Shown: positions 22,409 through 35,987, numbered from the stretch's first letter. The stretch is 64,000 nt of DNA from Camelus dromedarius (GCF_036321535.1 NC_087436.1:28460001-28524000); one strand, 5' to 3'. A program made the numbers and translations. The notes: a model not told the origin generated them from the letters alone.

Positions 22409-25400
22409 TTTTATTTTTAATGAGGTAGGAATAGAAGTAATTGTATTAGGTTTAATGTAGACAACTAAGGGTCTCTTTTGTTAAAAAAAAATCCAAAGCA
22501 GTATTATGAATCAAGGCAACATAGTTGAAAGAAGCCTTCCAGATGACTGGTTTAAATGTCTAAATTTCTCTCAAGCAACATCTCATTTTTCTTGAAGTAT
22601 ATTACTTGTTTAGAGGTATATTTAGCATTTAATTTATATGCATAACCAATTTATATATACTCCCAGTTTGTCACTGTAGAGATATGCCAAAGATAGCTAA
22701 AGGGAATTAATGCACATTTTTGTTTTGTTTTTCCTTCATGAAATTCTGGGATTCACTACTAGGATTCTGTGTTTAGGGTTCTTTCCGTGGGTATAATCCT
22801 TCTACTAGAAATGTAAGAGTGAGATAGAAGCTTCAGGGCCTTTTTATAGATGTAAAATCACTGAATAAATATTGTCACATATTTTTCATATTGACACATC
22901 GCAGAACAAAAATAAACGCAATATTCTGAACTTCAAGTCCTGTATTCTAATGATTAAAAGTGAATAATATTTTTAAAAATGGCTAGTCTCTATTTCACTT
23001 AAGCTATTTACTTAATCAATGATCTCTTACTAAGGTTTGAGTTATGATATATACCCAAATCATAATTTGAAATAATATTCCTGTTCTTAGGGCAAGGATG
23101 GCAGGGTGAGGGGTAAACGCAATTTAATTACAGTTTGGGACAAATGTTGGGAACTGGGTGAATGTATTGTGTGTGGTTTTTTTTCATTGCAAGTTTTTCC
23201 TAAATATTTTTTGTGTTACACTGCATTTTCCAGTTAGTTACCTCTATTCTCTGCTGGGTAGTTACTATGGACTTAGCCCTGTATGTGTTGATTTTACCTA
23301 CCTTGCTTGGCATGCCTATAAAGAAGGCATTGTGACCACTGAAGCATTAATGGCCCACAGGTAATGATTCATTTATGTTACCCAGTGAGAAGACACTGCT
23401 CTCTACCAGTAAACAAGGTGCCCATCCACACTCAGCAGCACTTGGCAACTTGGGTAATCAAAGCAATAGCTTGCAGTTGTGCATATAAAACTAATTTAAA
23501 AATGTACCAAGTTCATTTCTGAAAACTATTACAGATTCAAGGCTGATTAAATCGTATGTTTTTTTCCTAAAGGCTTTAAGAAAGAATTTGTTGAAGTTGA
23601 ACTAAGTGAGAAACACAATTGCTCCTATTTAGTGTGGTCAAGCTCTAATTTGCAACTAGGATTTTAAGGAAGCAGGGCCCTAATTGGTGAGTCCATAATA
23701 CATATTATTTAGCCACTCCAGAGTACGGTTATGAATAGTTGAGGCAACAGAAGTTTTAACAAGAGACGAAAATCATTACTGCCATTGGCACTAAAATACT
23801 TAATATTTAATTACTGTGTCCACCTAGGTTTTACACAAGAACACAAAAAAACTGAATTATCTGTGAGCACAACATATGAGAAGACAATGTACAATTTAAC
23901 TGTATATTGTGTGTACATATATGTGCAAAAACTAAAGATTAATTTACTAAAATAGATGATATTAACTGGAACTATTTGGTGGAACCATGTCAATTGATAC
24001 TATCAAATTACTTTCCAAGTATGAGGGAGAAAATATTAAAAGTACATCTTTGCTGCATGTACATTAAAACCTTATACAAATGTGAGTAGACTAAAAATAA
24101 TTAAAGAGTTTAATGGTAAATTAAAAATTTAGGCTACTGTTATGATGACTTTCACATATTTTAACAAAAATATTTTTGGCAATGAACAGACTACTTTAAA
24201 GTTGACCCTGGGAGATGATATATTCCCTGGGTCTCAAAATCTTTAGGTCCCATGTCTCCAGTGGACATTTCCAGACACATGTTGGAATCATCTAGTACCT
24301 TGTATCCATATTGCCACAGCCAAGCAGCCTCCATGTGGTCTGGCAAAGGATAACAAACCTTACTTATTATTTATCTAAAATTCTTTACATAAAATGAAAG
24401 GGTAAACTAGCCCCACTTAATTTATATCTAATCCTGCAACCCATTTTTATTGGCTCAGGTCATGGACACATATAATATCTGAAGACATATATGAACATTA
24501 AGCATTTTCCTGGGTTTGTTAAAAGTCAGCAAAATAGTTTATATCAACTAAGGAAATTAAATTATGACTTCACATTAGAAGGTGATATTTTCTTTGTTTC
24601 AGAGAGGCCATAAAATTCTATACTGTAGTGACAATCAATCTAAACTTCAGACATGGAATTTTGCTGCTTCAGTTCTTTTCAGGCTGTGTCGTTATTTGAA
24701 ATAACTCCCCAAGGCTTATTTACACTTTAAAGATTTTTTTCTGTGCTTGAAAAGAACATTTTCTAATAAAATTCTTTACTCTGAAAGCTAAAGTAATCAG
24801 TGTATCTAAATTTATTTTGACTACATACATTATTTAAAGCACTTTTACCCAGAAGTCCCGACTGGCAGTGGGAATTCTCTGCATTGCAAGCTGACTCCTT
24901 GGAGTTCATACCTACTGTAGAATCACTGACATTGTGGTTACAGTGTTACCTAAAGGGTTCTGAAACTTTTAGCAATATCATTTTGCCAAAATCTCTCCCT
25001 ATATGCTGAACAGAACAATTATAGCCTCAATTTTAATGGGCGGGACTAATGTTAATGGGCAAATAAACTATTGGGCTTTTATTTTCATTTTATTGTCGTT
25101 TTGATGTAATATTTGTACTGCTTTTCACCTTGTCACTGACTTTCCTATTCCACTCATAAAAAAGATACATTTTCAAATTTAGGTTTTATAATATGTTAAT
25201 ACTTCATGTATAATTTATTATTTTATGTATATCATTTTAATTGAGAGTAGGATTTAGCAAAAACACAAAAGTATGGATTTGTCATTCTCATAATTACATT
25301 TCATGATATTGCATTGGTAATCTTTAAAAATTACAACTTTTTTAATATTAGCCAGAAAAGCAAAATTGTTTTGAATATGAAATAAAACAATTAATTAAAA

Positions 25401-26432
25401 TATATCAAAAATCTAACATCCAGCATTGGATGAGGAGCAGTTATTACTTTCTTGTAAACTTTTTTCTAAATATGAGCACAGGGAAGAAAAATTGGGCCAA
25501 CAGGTCCATTCTGTGGTAATTGGTAGCCCACATCTATAATTTTTCTACACATAGCTTATAATTCAATAAAACTTTAATCTCTGAGCTTTCATACTATATA
25601 GTTATGAAATTGTTTCACTATGTATGTCCATATAGGTTGTCTTCCTCTTCTTAAGTAGGCTGTGTAGCATTCTTCAGTGCTGTAACTATGGCAGGAACTC
25701 ATTTATGTATCATGATATTATTTCGTCTTCACCCATAAAAAATGTGGAATAATTTCAAATAAAGTCTGTGATGTGTCAAGTTCAATATTTAAATTAAGAC
25801 ATGTCTGAGCATTCCTGAGATCTCTTAATTAAATGACCTTCCAACCTGTTCCTAATGTTTCCTATTTAAGATCAAATCTACAATGTTGAAAAAAGTTTTA
25901 AAACATAATGCTATTTAATTTCTTACCTTTTTCTTAACCTTCTTCTCCACTTATTAAATAATTTTAGCAGTATACTTCAGCTAGTCTTAAGAGTGCACAT
26001 CACTTAATCATAACATATCAAACTCTTTAATTAAATTTATCTGCAAGACACATGAGCCTGATCCCACTGGTGAACAGAGATCAAAACGCTGACATCTTAC
26101 AACTACACTAATTTCCAGAATACTAAGGTGACTTTTCTGCAGTTATGAAATGAGGTTCATTGTATTTTACAGTTTAGTTAAATTGTCTTAGGTAAGAAAA
26201 ACTGAGTTAGACTCATTTACTATTTTCAGTTTAGATAGCTGAATATCGGATAATCCTGGTAATGATTTAATATATTGATTAAATAATTTGCAAATGAAAT
26301 CAAACACGATTTTTTAAAAGCAATGTCAAATATCCTTAAAGGAATACACAATCCTAATATGACAATAGGAGGTCAGGTAAGATGTAACAAGTAGCGTGTG
26401 GTGACAAGTAGTACTGCCAGGTAGGCAGCTTC

Positions 26433-26774
26433 TGCTTTAGACTGAATCTTTGTCTTCCCCCCAAAGTCATATGTTGAAACCTGACCCCTAATGTGATAGT
26501 ATTAGGAGGTGGAGCCTTTAGGAGGTAATTAAGCCTTAAGGGTAAAGCCCTCATGAATGGGGTTAGTACCGCTTTGAAAGAGACTGCAGAGAGTTCTCTC
26601 ACCCCTTTCTGCCTAATGAGGACTCAGGGAGAAGATGGCCATCTATGAAGCAGGAAGTAGTCCTCCACTAGACACCAGATCTGCCCATACCTTGATCCTG
26701 GACTTCCCAGACTCCAGACCTTGTTGTTTAAGTTTATGGTATTTTTGTTACAGCAGCTGGAATGAAATAAGACA
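26433..26774 (+). mobile_element. MaLR solo LTR (MLT1A-like)
   Basis: TGctttagactgaat...catatgttgaaacc...gccctcatgaatggg...ccttgatcctggacttcccag...taagaCA; 5-bp TSD GCTTC (26428-26432) / GCTCC (26775-26779). Confidence 0.92.
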
Positions 26775-29359
26775 GCTCCACTGTAGCTATTTTCAACAGG
26801 TACATGTTGAATTGCCAGTTGAATTGCTGTAGGTGTTCAGGTGATGAAATTGACAAAGCTGTCCGTAGAATCACTGCTGAATTCCTTACTGTATCAGTAT
26901 GTTTTGGCACAGTAAGGAGATAATTCAGCACAAATAATAAAAGGGGAAATATCAATTATTTTGTTTGCTCATAGCCAGACTTCTTCTTGATTGTATACTT
27001 TATAAGAAAAAATAACGTTTGTTTTCTTGCAACATGATCACATCTATTTGACCTAAAAAAAGAGAAACTTATTTATTTTTTTGTTCACTAAATTACTGTG
27101 AATGGTGTGACTTTTTCAAATAATTTATAGAATCTCTCATTGTCATTTCCTCAAAATAATGGCTTTGGATCAGTGTAAGGTTGATGCTTATTTTCTGTTT
27201 CTATCTGAAAGCATTAATTAACGTCTTATCAAATGGGTAATTGGAGAGCTTAGGACCAGATGCTAGCGGCTACTTGGTTATAGTTTCTTCATGTAGACTT
27301 GGATTGTGACTTAAATCCTTTCTATTGCAGTTGAAACATTTGATAATGGGATTATCACCAAGAAGCTCTAAATGCTGTATGTTGTACTTGAATCTAAAAT
27401 TTGACCATATTTTTACATAATTATTCACACACAGGGGAGAAATAGAATCAGGAAAAGCTTTAAAACATAGGAATTTGAGAGGAATAGTAAGTATATCCTC
27501 TTCTTCTTGATGCACACTCTCCTGCCATAGTACAATAGTTAATATTCTTATCCCAGCAGTAAATAATTCAGATGGAATATCACAGAATTAAAGGGTTGTG
27601 ATGATAACATTGATGCATATTGTTTTTCATTTAATCATAATATAAATGATTCAAGATCAAAAGAAAATGAAAAAGGGGAATGTGATTTTAGCCATAGCCC
27701 CAGCATGACTAGTCTATCCATAAGCAAGAGACAGAAAAAGCAGGAAGTAAATAAAAAACTAAAGTACCCCATGTATACAGATTGTATTTTTAATAGTGTT
27801 GTATAATTAACACCGAGTAATTACCTAAATGAGATATATTGTAATGTTTCTTCCACTGTCACCCATGAAGAATGACCTCTAAGGCACAAGCTCAGTAATT
27901 GCTCTAATTACCAGAGATTCTCCAGCTCAGGTAGGTTGAAGTGAAAAATATGAATTCATCTCTCATGGAACCACATCTCTCTTAAGCACCTTCAAATAGT
28001 CTGGATATATTACAGCATTACATATTGAAGCAAAATTTCAACTGGGGTGTATTTTTATAATGATTATAATTCTATTGGTCCAAAGTAATGTTAGGGTTAT
28101 TCTTAAACTTTAATTTCAGATTTAGGTAATTGCAAAGAAGTCTTTTAAGCATATATTCCTTAGTTTATTTTACATTGATATATATCCATATATATATGTT
28201 AAAAGTTAAAATATATAGTATTTCTTCATGTTTACAAAATCTTATAAAATCATTTTAGAGAGAGAAAGTGTTTTGAAAGATCATTTATATTACCCCTTGG
28301 CTTCAGGAAGACCTAAATAGAGTCATAGTTCCTGCTTTTTTAATAAAATGAAACTTTTAGAAAAAAACATACTTTATAATGTTTCCTAAAAGCTAATTTT
28401 AATAAACCATCTATGCTGTCAGAAAATTTCAAAATTAATGCTGCACTTTCGCAGCATACTAAAGTCTGCAGATCTAATCTCTTTCCTCAACTCCCTTAAA
28501 ATACAGAAGGAGACATTTTACATGTCCCGGCACATCATAAACATGGCCATATCAGAAACAACCCTAGGTGAAACTGTAGGGAAGCAAGTCAGAATTGCTT
28601 TTACACTCACTGCAGTCTGCCTACCTTAGGCACTCTGGTTCCTCAGACTTCAGTCACAACCCTCAGGCGGTCACACTTCACTGTGGAGTCCTTTGTAGAC
28701 CTTCCTTTTCCACCCAGCACCATGCTTGGGATATTTTCAATTTCCTGAAGAAAACTGACAATGTATTTCCTTTTATTTGAAGAACTCTGAGAGCATTTTT
28801 TTTTAATTTGTTAAAGTAAACTGTGACAGTGTCTTAATGAGGGCTGAACCTTTTGTATATTTTAATAGTAATTTTCTGGAGATAATTATTTCACTTCAAT
28901 TCAGAGAAGTGCCTCTAGCGACAGGAATTTCATTCCATATGTGAACAGAGCTGGGCCCCATGGTAACCTGGAACTCTGACTTTTCTATCATCTCTTTCTG
29001 TGTTATTTGCACTCTGTGTTTTTTGTTCAGTGCTGGGGACAGTAGGCTTGGGATTTGGGCGGGTATCTGATATTACCCAAAACACAACTCTGTGGGGAAG
29101 ATGCTTACCTTGAACCCGGAACTCCAGTACTGAGCACTGACCTTTGTTTTCTTTTCCTGAGCTACCATTACAATATGAAAGAAACTCAAATTTCAATCAT
29201 AATCTAATCCTCACTTAGCAGTCCCCTCTGTCTCTCTCAAGAGGATGGCTGGCCTTACTTTTGCCTGACTTTGATTCTAAACAGCCAATGATGGTGGAAG
29301 GAAGGAAGACATGTTTCTCAGCCAAGACTCTGCTTATAATTCCATCCCAGGTTGTCATG

Positions 29360-29434
29360 ACTGGGGATTGAACCCAGGACCTTGTGTATGCTAGGCATGC
29401 ACTCTACCACTTGAGCTATATATACCCTCACCCC
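29360..29434 (-). mobile_element. tRNA-Ala-derived camelid SINE (Vic-1 type), 3'-truncated
   Basis: Minus strand ggggtgagggtatatatagctcaagtggtagagtgcatgcctagcatacacaaggtcctgggttcaatccccagt. Confidence 0.88.
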
Positions 29435-29488
29435 TTTAGGTGCTACTCCTTTACACTTTTCTTAATGTTGATTCAGCTTTTTAAAAAA

Positions 29489-30258
29489 TTTTTATTAATT
29501 TTTTATTAAAATATAGTTGATATACAATATTATATGTTACATGTGTACAGTATAGTGATTCACAATTTTTAAAGGCTATAATCCATTTATATTTATTATG
29601 AAATAGTTGCTATATTCCCTGTATTGTACAGTATATTCTTATGGCTTATTTTATACATAATAGTTTGTACCTCTTACTCCTCTAGGCCTATATGGCCCCA
29701 CACCTCTGTCCTCCCCCCACTGGTAACCACTAGTTTATTCTCTATATCTGTGCATCTGTTTCTTTTTTGTTATATTCACCAGTTTGTTATATTTTTTAGA
29801 TTCCATATACTAAGTGATACCATATAGTATTTGTCTTTCTCTGTCTGACTTCACTTAGCATAATGCCCTCCAAGTCCATTCATGTTACTGCAAATGGCAA
29901 AATTTGTTTTTTAACAGCTGAGTAGTGTTCCATTGTGTGTGTGTGTTTATATAAATACATATATATATATCTATATATATAATCTAGATATATATAGATA
30001 TCTTTTCTAATTCAACTTTTGTCCAGATATATGCCCAGGAGTAGGCTTGCTGGATCATATGTTAATTCTATTTTTAGTTTTTTAAGGAACCTCCATATTG
30101 TTCTCCATAGTGACTACACCAATTTACATTCCTATCAACAGTGTAGGAGGGTTCTTTTTTCTCCATACCTCTCCATATTACTCATAGACTCTGACTGGTT
30201 TGAGATCAAACCTCATTGTAGTTTTGATTTGCATATCTCTAATAATTAGTGATATTAG
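29489..30258 (-). mobile_element. 5'-truncated L1 3' end with internal deletions
   Basis: Colinear with 9113-9920 (ccccactggtaaccactagttt, ttttagattcc..taagtgata, gctggatcatatg, cctcattgtagtttt). Confidence 0.92.
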
Positions 30259-30717
30259 AGATAGGAAGGCAAATATTTGATTTGAAGGATACGGGATACA
30301 TTGCTTTCCTCATGATGGCTTGTGTGAGGAATCATCTCATCGCTTTAGTTCTTTCTGTCAAAATAATATAAGAAATGATATGATATTATGTGAGAATTAC
30401 AATGCTGTGCAAATAATAAGGCATGCAAAGAGAACAGGTGATGTGCTATTAAACATACATTTTATAAGTCTAATATTGAGGCATAAATGCACAGTATCAA
30501 TGTATGTTGAGAATGCCTGCCAGCATTCAGTGTTCACCTTAGTAAGCATTATACATCTCCATTTTCTTTTACTCTGAGTTTCTAGAATTTAGTTGTATTT
30601 CATATTTAATGTGTGACATGCATGACTGGAAGAAAGACATGCAGTGTTTCTAAAATTAGTGGTGATGAACTCTATCTCAATATTTATAAAGAATATTATC
30701 AGTGTATATCTCAGAAG

Positions 30718-30780
30718 TATACACATATATATACATACATATGTATGTATATATATATACACACACACACACACACATAC
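30718..30780. repeat. (TA)n(CA)n microsatellite
   Basis: Directly visible. Confidence 0.85.
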
Positions 30781-31244
30781 TTACCCAGCATATGTGGAAT
30801 GGTATATCTGTCAATAAACCTTAATCCTAATACTGTTATTTGTCACTTACATAAATTCAGATTTGCATTCAAAATCCTTTGTTCTCATTCAGAAATCAGG
30901 ATCATATATTATGTATATATATATATGTATATATATATGCATATACCTACACTATTTTCAGATTTTCACAAACAGCAATAGTGTGCTTTATTAAAATAGT
31001 TAAATCATTAAAATTACCTAACAGATGTGTCTTTTTCATTTCATTTTTTCTTTACAAAAATTACATTACTGGCCAGTTTTAATGTTCCAATATCTTCCAG
31101 CTATAAAACATTTGACTGCTGAAATAACTGTGGTTCATGCTTGCCACCTATGTTCTAATCAACATCATTGTTTGATAAAATTTTCCAAAACTAGCTGACT
31201 TGGTGAACTTTTCAATACTGTTTCATTTTGGAAACAAATATTTT

Positions 31245-31575
31245 ATTAATCCTACAAATATGTATTGATCACCTATTATTCCAAGCATTCTCCTAGTCAT
31301 TAGGGATAAAGTAGTGACAGATCAAGCATTCTCCTAGTCATTAGGGATAAAGTATTGACAGATCAAACCTCAAATAACTTATATTTTAGAGAAACAAAAC
31401 AGTCTATAAACAAACATTTAAATAAATCAATAATATCGATTCATCTAGTGGTTAGTACCAAGGAGAAAATACAACATGACTTTGGAAAATAAAATGGAGC
31501 TTGTGCTGTGATGTGGGATGGGGTGTAGGAGAGGAGATGTAGGAAGCATTTTCCCTTGGAGATGAGAGCTGGAAG
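31245..31575 (-). mobile_element. L2 3' fragment containing a 41-bp tandem duplication
   Basis: acaaatatgtattgatcacctattattccaagcattctcctag...gggataaagtagtga is the antisense L2 tail. Confidence 0.65.
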
Positions 31576-33099
31576 GAAGCCATTTCATCTTTGGTGAGGA
31601 GGAAAACAAAAATTTTTTCATTGAACGGATACTAAGAATTTTGAACATTTTACAGTTCTAGGATCCAGAGATGCCCAAATGCACAAGGACAACCATTATT
31701 TGCTGATGGTTAATTGACTAATAATTGAAGAAATCAATGAGTCATGGAAGTCCAAGCTTTCCATTTTAATGACAGCAAAAACAGGGAGTGGGCTGTGGTA
31801 CCTAGACTCCTCCAGGAAAAGATGTGACTGCATTCCTTCTTAACTCTCTAAAATGGCTTTTATTCTGTGTCTATCTTTCACTCGACTTACTCAAAATGAA
31901 TAGCTACATAATTTCATCAACACTGTTGTTTATTTTTAAAGTATCTGTTTGGTTGGCAGAATGTACTGTATGTTGGTTGCAATCAGACAAAACCAATTAA
32001 AAATCCCTATTCCGGCTCTGAAAATACTTATAGGAATTACAAACACAGGTTTGCCTTCAACAGCCCAATTCAAACTTGTTTCAGCAAAATTATTAATGGT
32101 GTTCTTTCACTCTCAAATTGTGCTGATTTAGACAGTAAATTCAGTGGTCACTCCAGCTACAGAAGTCTTCATCCTTACTCTGTTGGGATTATTGATAGAC
32201 TATGAGTACACTTCATTTGAATGTATGCAGTTAAAAAAAAATTGAAATTTTATTTTAAAAAAGAACAGTTAGTAAGAAATTTAAAAGTATTTCCAGTATT
32301 AGACTCTTCAAAAATGTAAAGATATAAAATTACACCATTTCCTAAATTTCCTTATTTATCTACTGTTTAAAGTACCTTGAAACCACTTTTAGTTTCAATT
32401 CACAGCCTATTCATAATTATCAACGCACTTAACATAGTTTCAACAGGTGACTTGCAGTCAATAAGTCTTCTTGAGTGAATAAATAAATATAGAAGAGACC
32501 ATTTCTTGAGGAACTTAAATCCAACTTTAAGAAATTAGCCAAAGTAAATAGGATAAAACCATAGGTTTATCAGTTTGAAGACTAAATGTGTAAAAACTAA
32601 AAGAAATAATGACAAAAGACAAAACACTACATTGACAAAGTTCTTCTTGTTTTATATGATTTTCTTCATCCTGAATAAAGCCAAAGAACTTATATTCTGT
32701 GAAATAAGCGGTTGCTCAGAGATACAGTTCTAACTCACCACCACTAAATGGGTTTTTAGTAGCCAACCTTCACGCAAGCAAGCAAGCTGACTGAGAGACT
32801 GAGTTAACAAAGATAATTATAATATTATGGTGTTAAGGGAGCAGTATAATTTAAGTAAAACCACTTTTAGGAAATGAGTAAAACAAGTCAGCAAACAACT
32901 GGGAAATATATTAGAGGAAGAAAAATAAAATCAAGCAGTGAATGAAAGTACAGTAAGAACATGGTGTGTACTATGCAGACATCTCTGACTATTTCAACCA
33001 TAGCATAGCAGCATAATAATGAACTCTAGTTAGTAACTGAGCCTTCGTCCCTGAAGTACCATATCCAGAAAGTGACTAAGGACTGAGGACTATTCCTCA

Positions 33100-33215
33100 A
33101 TATATTTATGTTTGTTATAACTCTCATAATAGCATCCTGGGAAATTAGAAATATTTCTAGTTTATAGAGGCCAATAACTGAGGGCAAGTCTGATTAAACA
33201 TTGCACTGTGTTCTT
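33100..33215 (-). mobile_element. MIR fragment
   Basis: ctcataatagcatcctgggaaattag...agtttatagagg...aactgagg..gattaaacattgc. Confidence 0.45.
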
Positions 33216-35504
33216 CTCCCTGGAACATCATATACCACAGATTATTATAGAACTTGAAACATAAAGCACACAAATTTTGTAACATGAACTTAAACCAATA
33301 CAAGACTTTTACAATTATTATAATTTTATGAAAGTAAATAAATCCATTTCAGTTGAATAATCAAGTATCACTACAAAATATGTTTACTAAATTTTGAAGA
33401 TTTACACATCCATTTGAAATATGAAATATTTAATTAGAAATTAATGAAATTTATTTCATTCTAAGCAGTTATTGTTGGTTTATTTATTTAGTTATTCAGG
33501 AAAATGTTCACAGTTAGTAGCAGGCAAGGCATAACATTTCATAGCATAGAATCTTATGATAAAAATAAAATTACCTTGATCCAAATATCAGGACGAGTTA
33601 GTATTTTCCAGGAAAATTATGGAAATTTTTATTCTTGCAGTTGGATTTTCCTCACCACGTTCAGTGTTAGGTAGTTCTTTATTCACTTTGTCACCCATGG
33701 TTATTAAGTACAGTTCACCTTGTATTATGTAACTTATGTATCAAACATTCCAGACTTCATCTTCTTTTCCTAAACTTTTTTCCTTTGCTTATTTCTAATT
33801 ACATTTTTCTTTGCTGTAGTATGTCCATAATTTTAAGTTAACTTTGGATATTTTAGAACAAGTTGCAATGCAATATTTTGCAAACAAATAAATGATAGTG
33901 AATATGTGATTGTAGAAAACAAGAAAAAATAATTGGTGAAGTGAATTTCTAAATCAGATTCTTCTTCCTGAGTTTCTTCATACCCTCAGAACCTCAAGGA
34001 GGAAGACTTGGTTCTCCCATCACAGTTCACACCAAACACTCTGCTTTCATTGGTGGAATTCGTAAAGCTTAGCTGGCTTGGTAAGTACAGATAAAGAAAT
34101 GTATCTTCTGCATAAACTAAGCCTGTTTAATTTTAAGCAGAACACACAAATTTGGTTGAGTCTTTTTAAACTATCAAAACAGTAACCAGAGTGGCCCATC
34201 AGAAGGAATTGTGCCTTAGCTATAGTATCAAACAGGGCTGCTTTGTGTGAAAATGTTAACTTCTTTTCTCCACTTCATTCTTTTTTCTGCACATTTGATT
34301 ATGAGGTGGACGGTGTCGTCTTATATTTGTCCACACCAGCAATAGAGATTAAATGGATTTAAATAAACTAAAGTGCAGAATAATAAGAAAAAGCATGTGA
34401 TTAGAGAGAAGCAGATTTATATTTTTAAAACTTTTTTCAAAAATGCCTGTATTTATATAAATAAAAATTAGTTTTTGAGTAACTATGTGTTTCTTACAAG
34501 GAAAATTTCTCCCCACATGTCAGAAGTTCAAGTATATTTCTTAGAAATATCATGTATTTGTTCAACAGATGTTTGTTGAGGATCTCCTGTATTGTAGACC
34601 AAATTTAGAGGGGCCAGGATTACTGTTCTATCCCCACAGACCAGCTCTACTTTTTTCTGAGAAAACTTCTGCCCAACTAGGGTCTACATCCTCCCACCTT
34701 CTAAGGAGTTATGTGTGGCTGAAAAATTTACCTTTTTCATGGCAAGAGATGCATCCTACTCATCTTAACTCCCTCCTGAAGTTCACAGAACCAGGCTGAA
34801 GGGCTATGATTAGCCAGTACAAACAAATATTGTCCCTTTTCTGAGCTCATCCTTCTCAAGACCCCACTCTAGCAGGTCACTTTGCCCCTCGCCAGAATCC
34901 CCCCAGACCACCTTGAAGCTGTAATCTGGGAAGAAAAAATTCATACCTGGTATAGCAGGCTCCTCTTGGACTTGCTGGGGCATGATGGCAAGTGTCCACT
35001 CTGATTTCTTGTCTGTAGCACACCAATTGTTGAAAATGTTGAAAACAACCCTCAAAAGGAACTGTTGCTCAAATATGTGCTATTTAATTATTATATCTGA
35101 ATATAATTCTAAGTTTTGTATCTAAAGCATGTGAACACAGTTATTACTCCATAAAAATCCTCCTCAAATATTTTTAAACCATCCTTCTTATAAAATATTG
35201 TAACTTGGTAATTAGAAAACTTTCTGCTTTAAGGTTCAAAATACATTCCATGTTTGAACATGTCTCATTGCTTTTGGAAGAAAGATGTGATAAGCATGAA
35301 ATAGAGACAAAATAAAATTTTGCTTTAAGCTAGAACTTGAGGACTGTTCTTATCACTATCATTTACAAAGCTGTATTAAATGAGCTAATTAGCTAAATAT
35401 ATATGCCTGTACAAAGAGTGCTAACAAGAGTTTACATAAATATTATTACTACTCTATTGAAAACTCAGTTGGCTAATCTTTATCTTGCTCACTCTTTCAC
35501 TAAT

Positions 35505-35930
35505 ATTGTTCCTACTCTAATGGAATTTGCAGTCTATTGTGGGAAGAGGCGTAATACTGAACGATTACACAAACATATGTAGAGGTTCAACTGTGACATG
35601 TCATCTACAAAACAGGTGCATAGCACATAGTACACTAAAGACCTATTGACAGGGAAGTTGGCCTAGTCAAGGAACACAGCATAAGCTCCCATGAGGAAGT
35701 AAAGTTTAGGTGAGATAGAAAGGTTAATAGGAAGAGCTGAAGGGAAAACAGAAAAGAAATCCAGGAAGGAAGAGGCAGTGGCATTTGCCTGGACTTGTCG
35801 AGAGCAGAACGTGTAGGAAACATGGCTGGAGCATTTGGCTCAAGGTGAGATTTAGCATGAGGGAGGTTGAAAGGCAGGTAGGTACTGGGCAGATGAGACA
35901 AGCCCTTCTAGGCTATGTTAAGGTCTATAT
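35505..35930 (-). mobile_element. L2 fragment
   Basis: cctactctaatggaatttgcagtcta...tccaggaaggaaga...catggctggagcat...ggcagatga..cttctaggctatgttaagg. Confidence 0.65.
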
Positions 35931-35987
35931 TTTTGCCTGCATTTAGTCTCCGTAAAACTAAAAGTGTAGAAGATTCAATGAGAAACT

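Noticed and set aside
26833..26900. Protein-like frame CSGDEIDKAVRRITAEFLTVS
   Set aside because: Weak splice signals and no recognised homology.
29109..29276. Minus-strand exon candidate with AAG|GTAAGC donor
   Set aside because: Ambiguous acceptor and several stop codons; unsupported.
30589..31082. Overlapping ORFs up to 122 aa
   Set aside because: Produced by stop-poor TA/CA microsatellites.
34600..35050. Higher-GC block that may be an old LTR
   Set aside because: Could not match it to any family with enough confidence to list.
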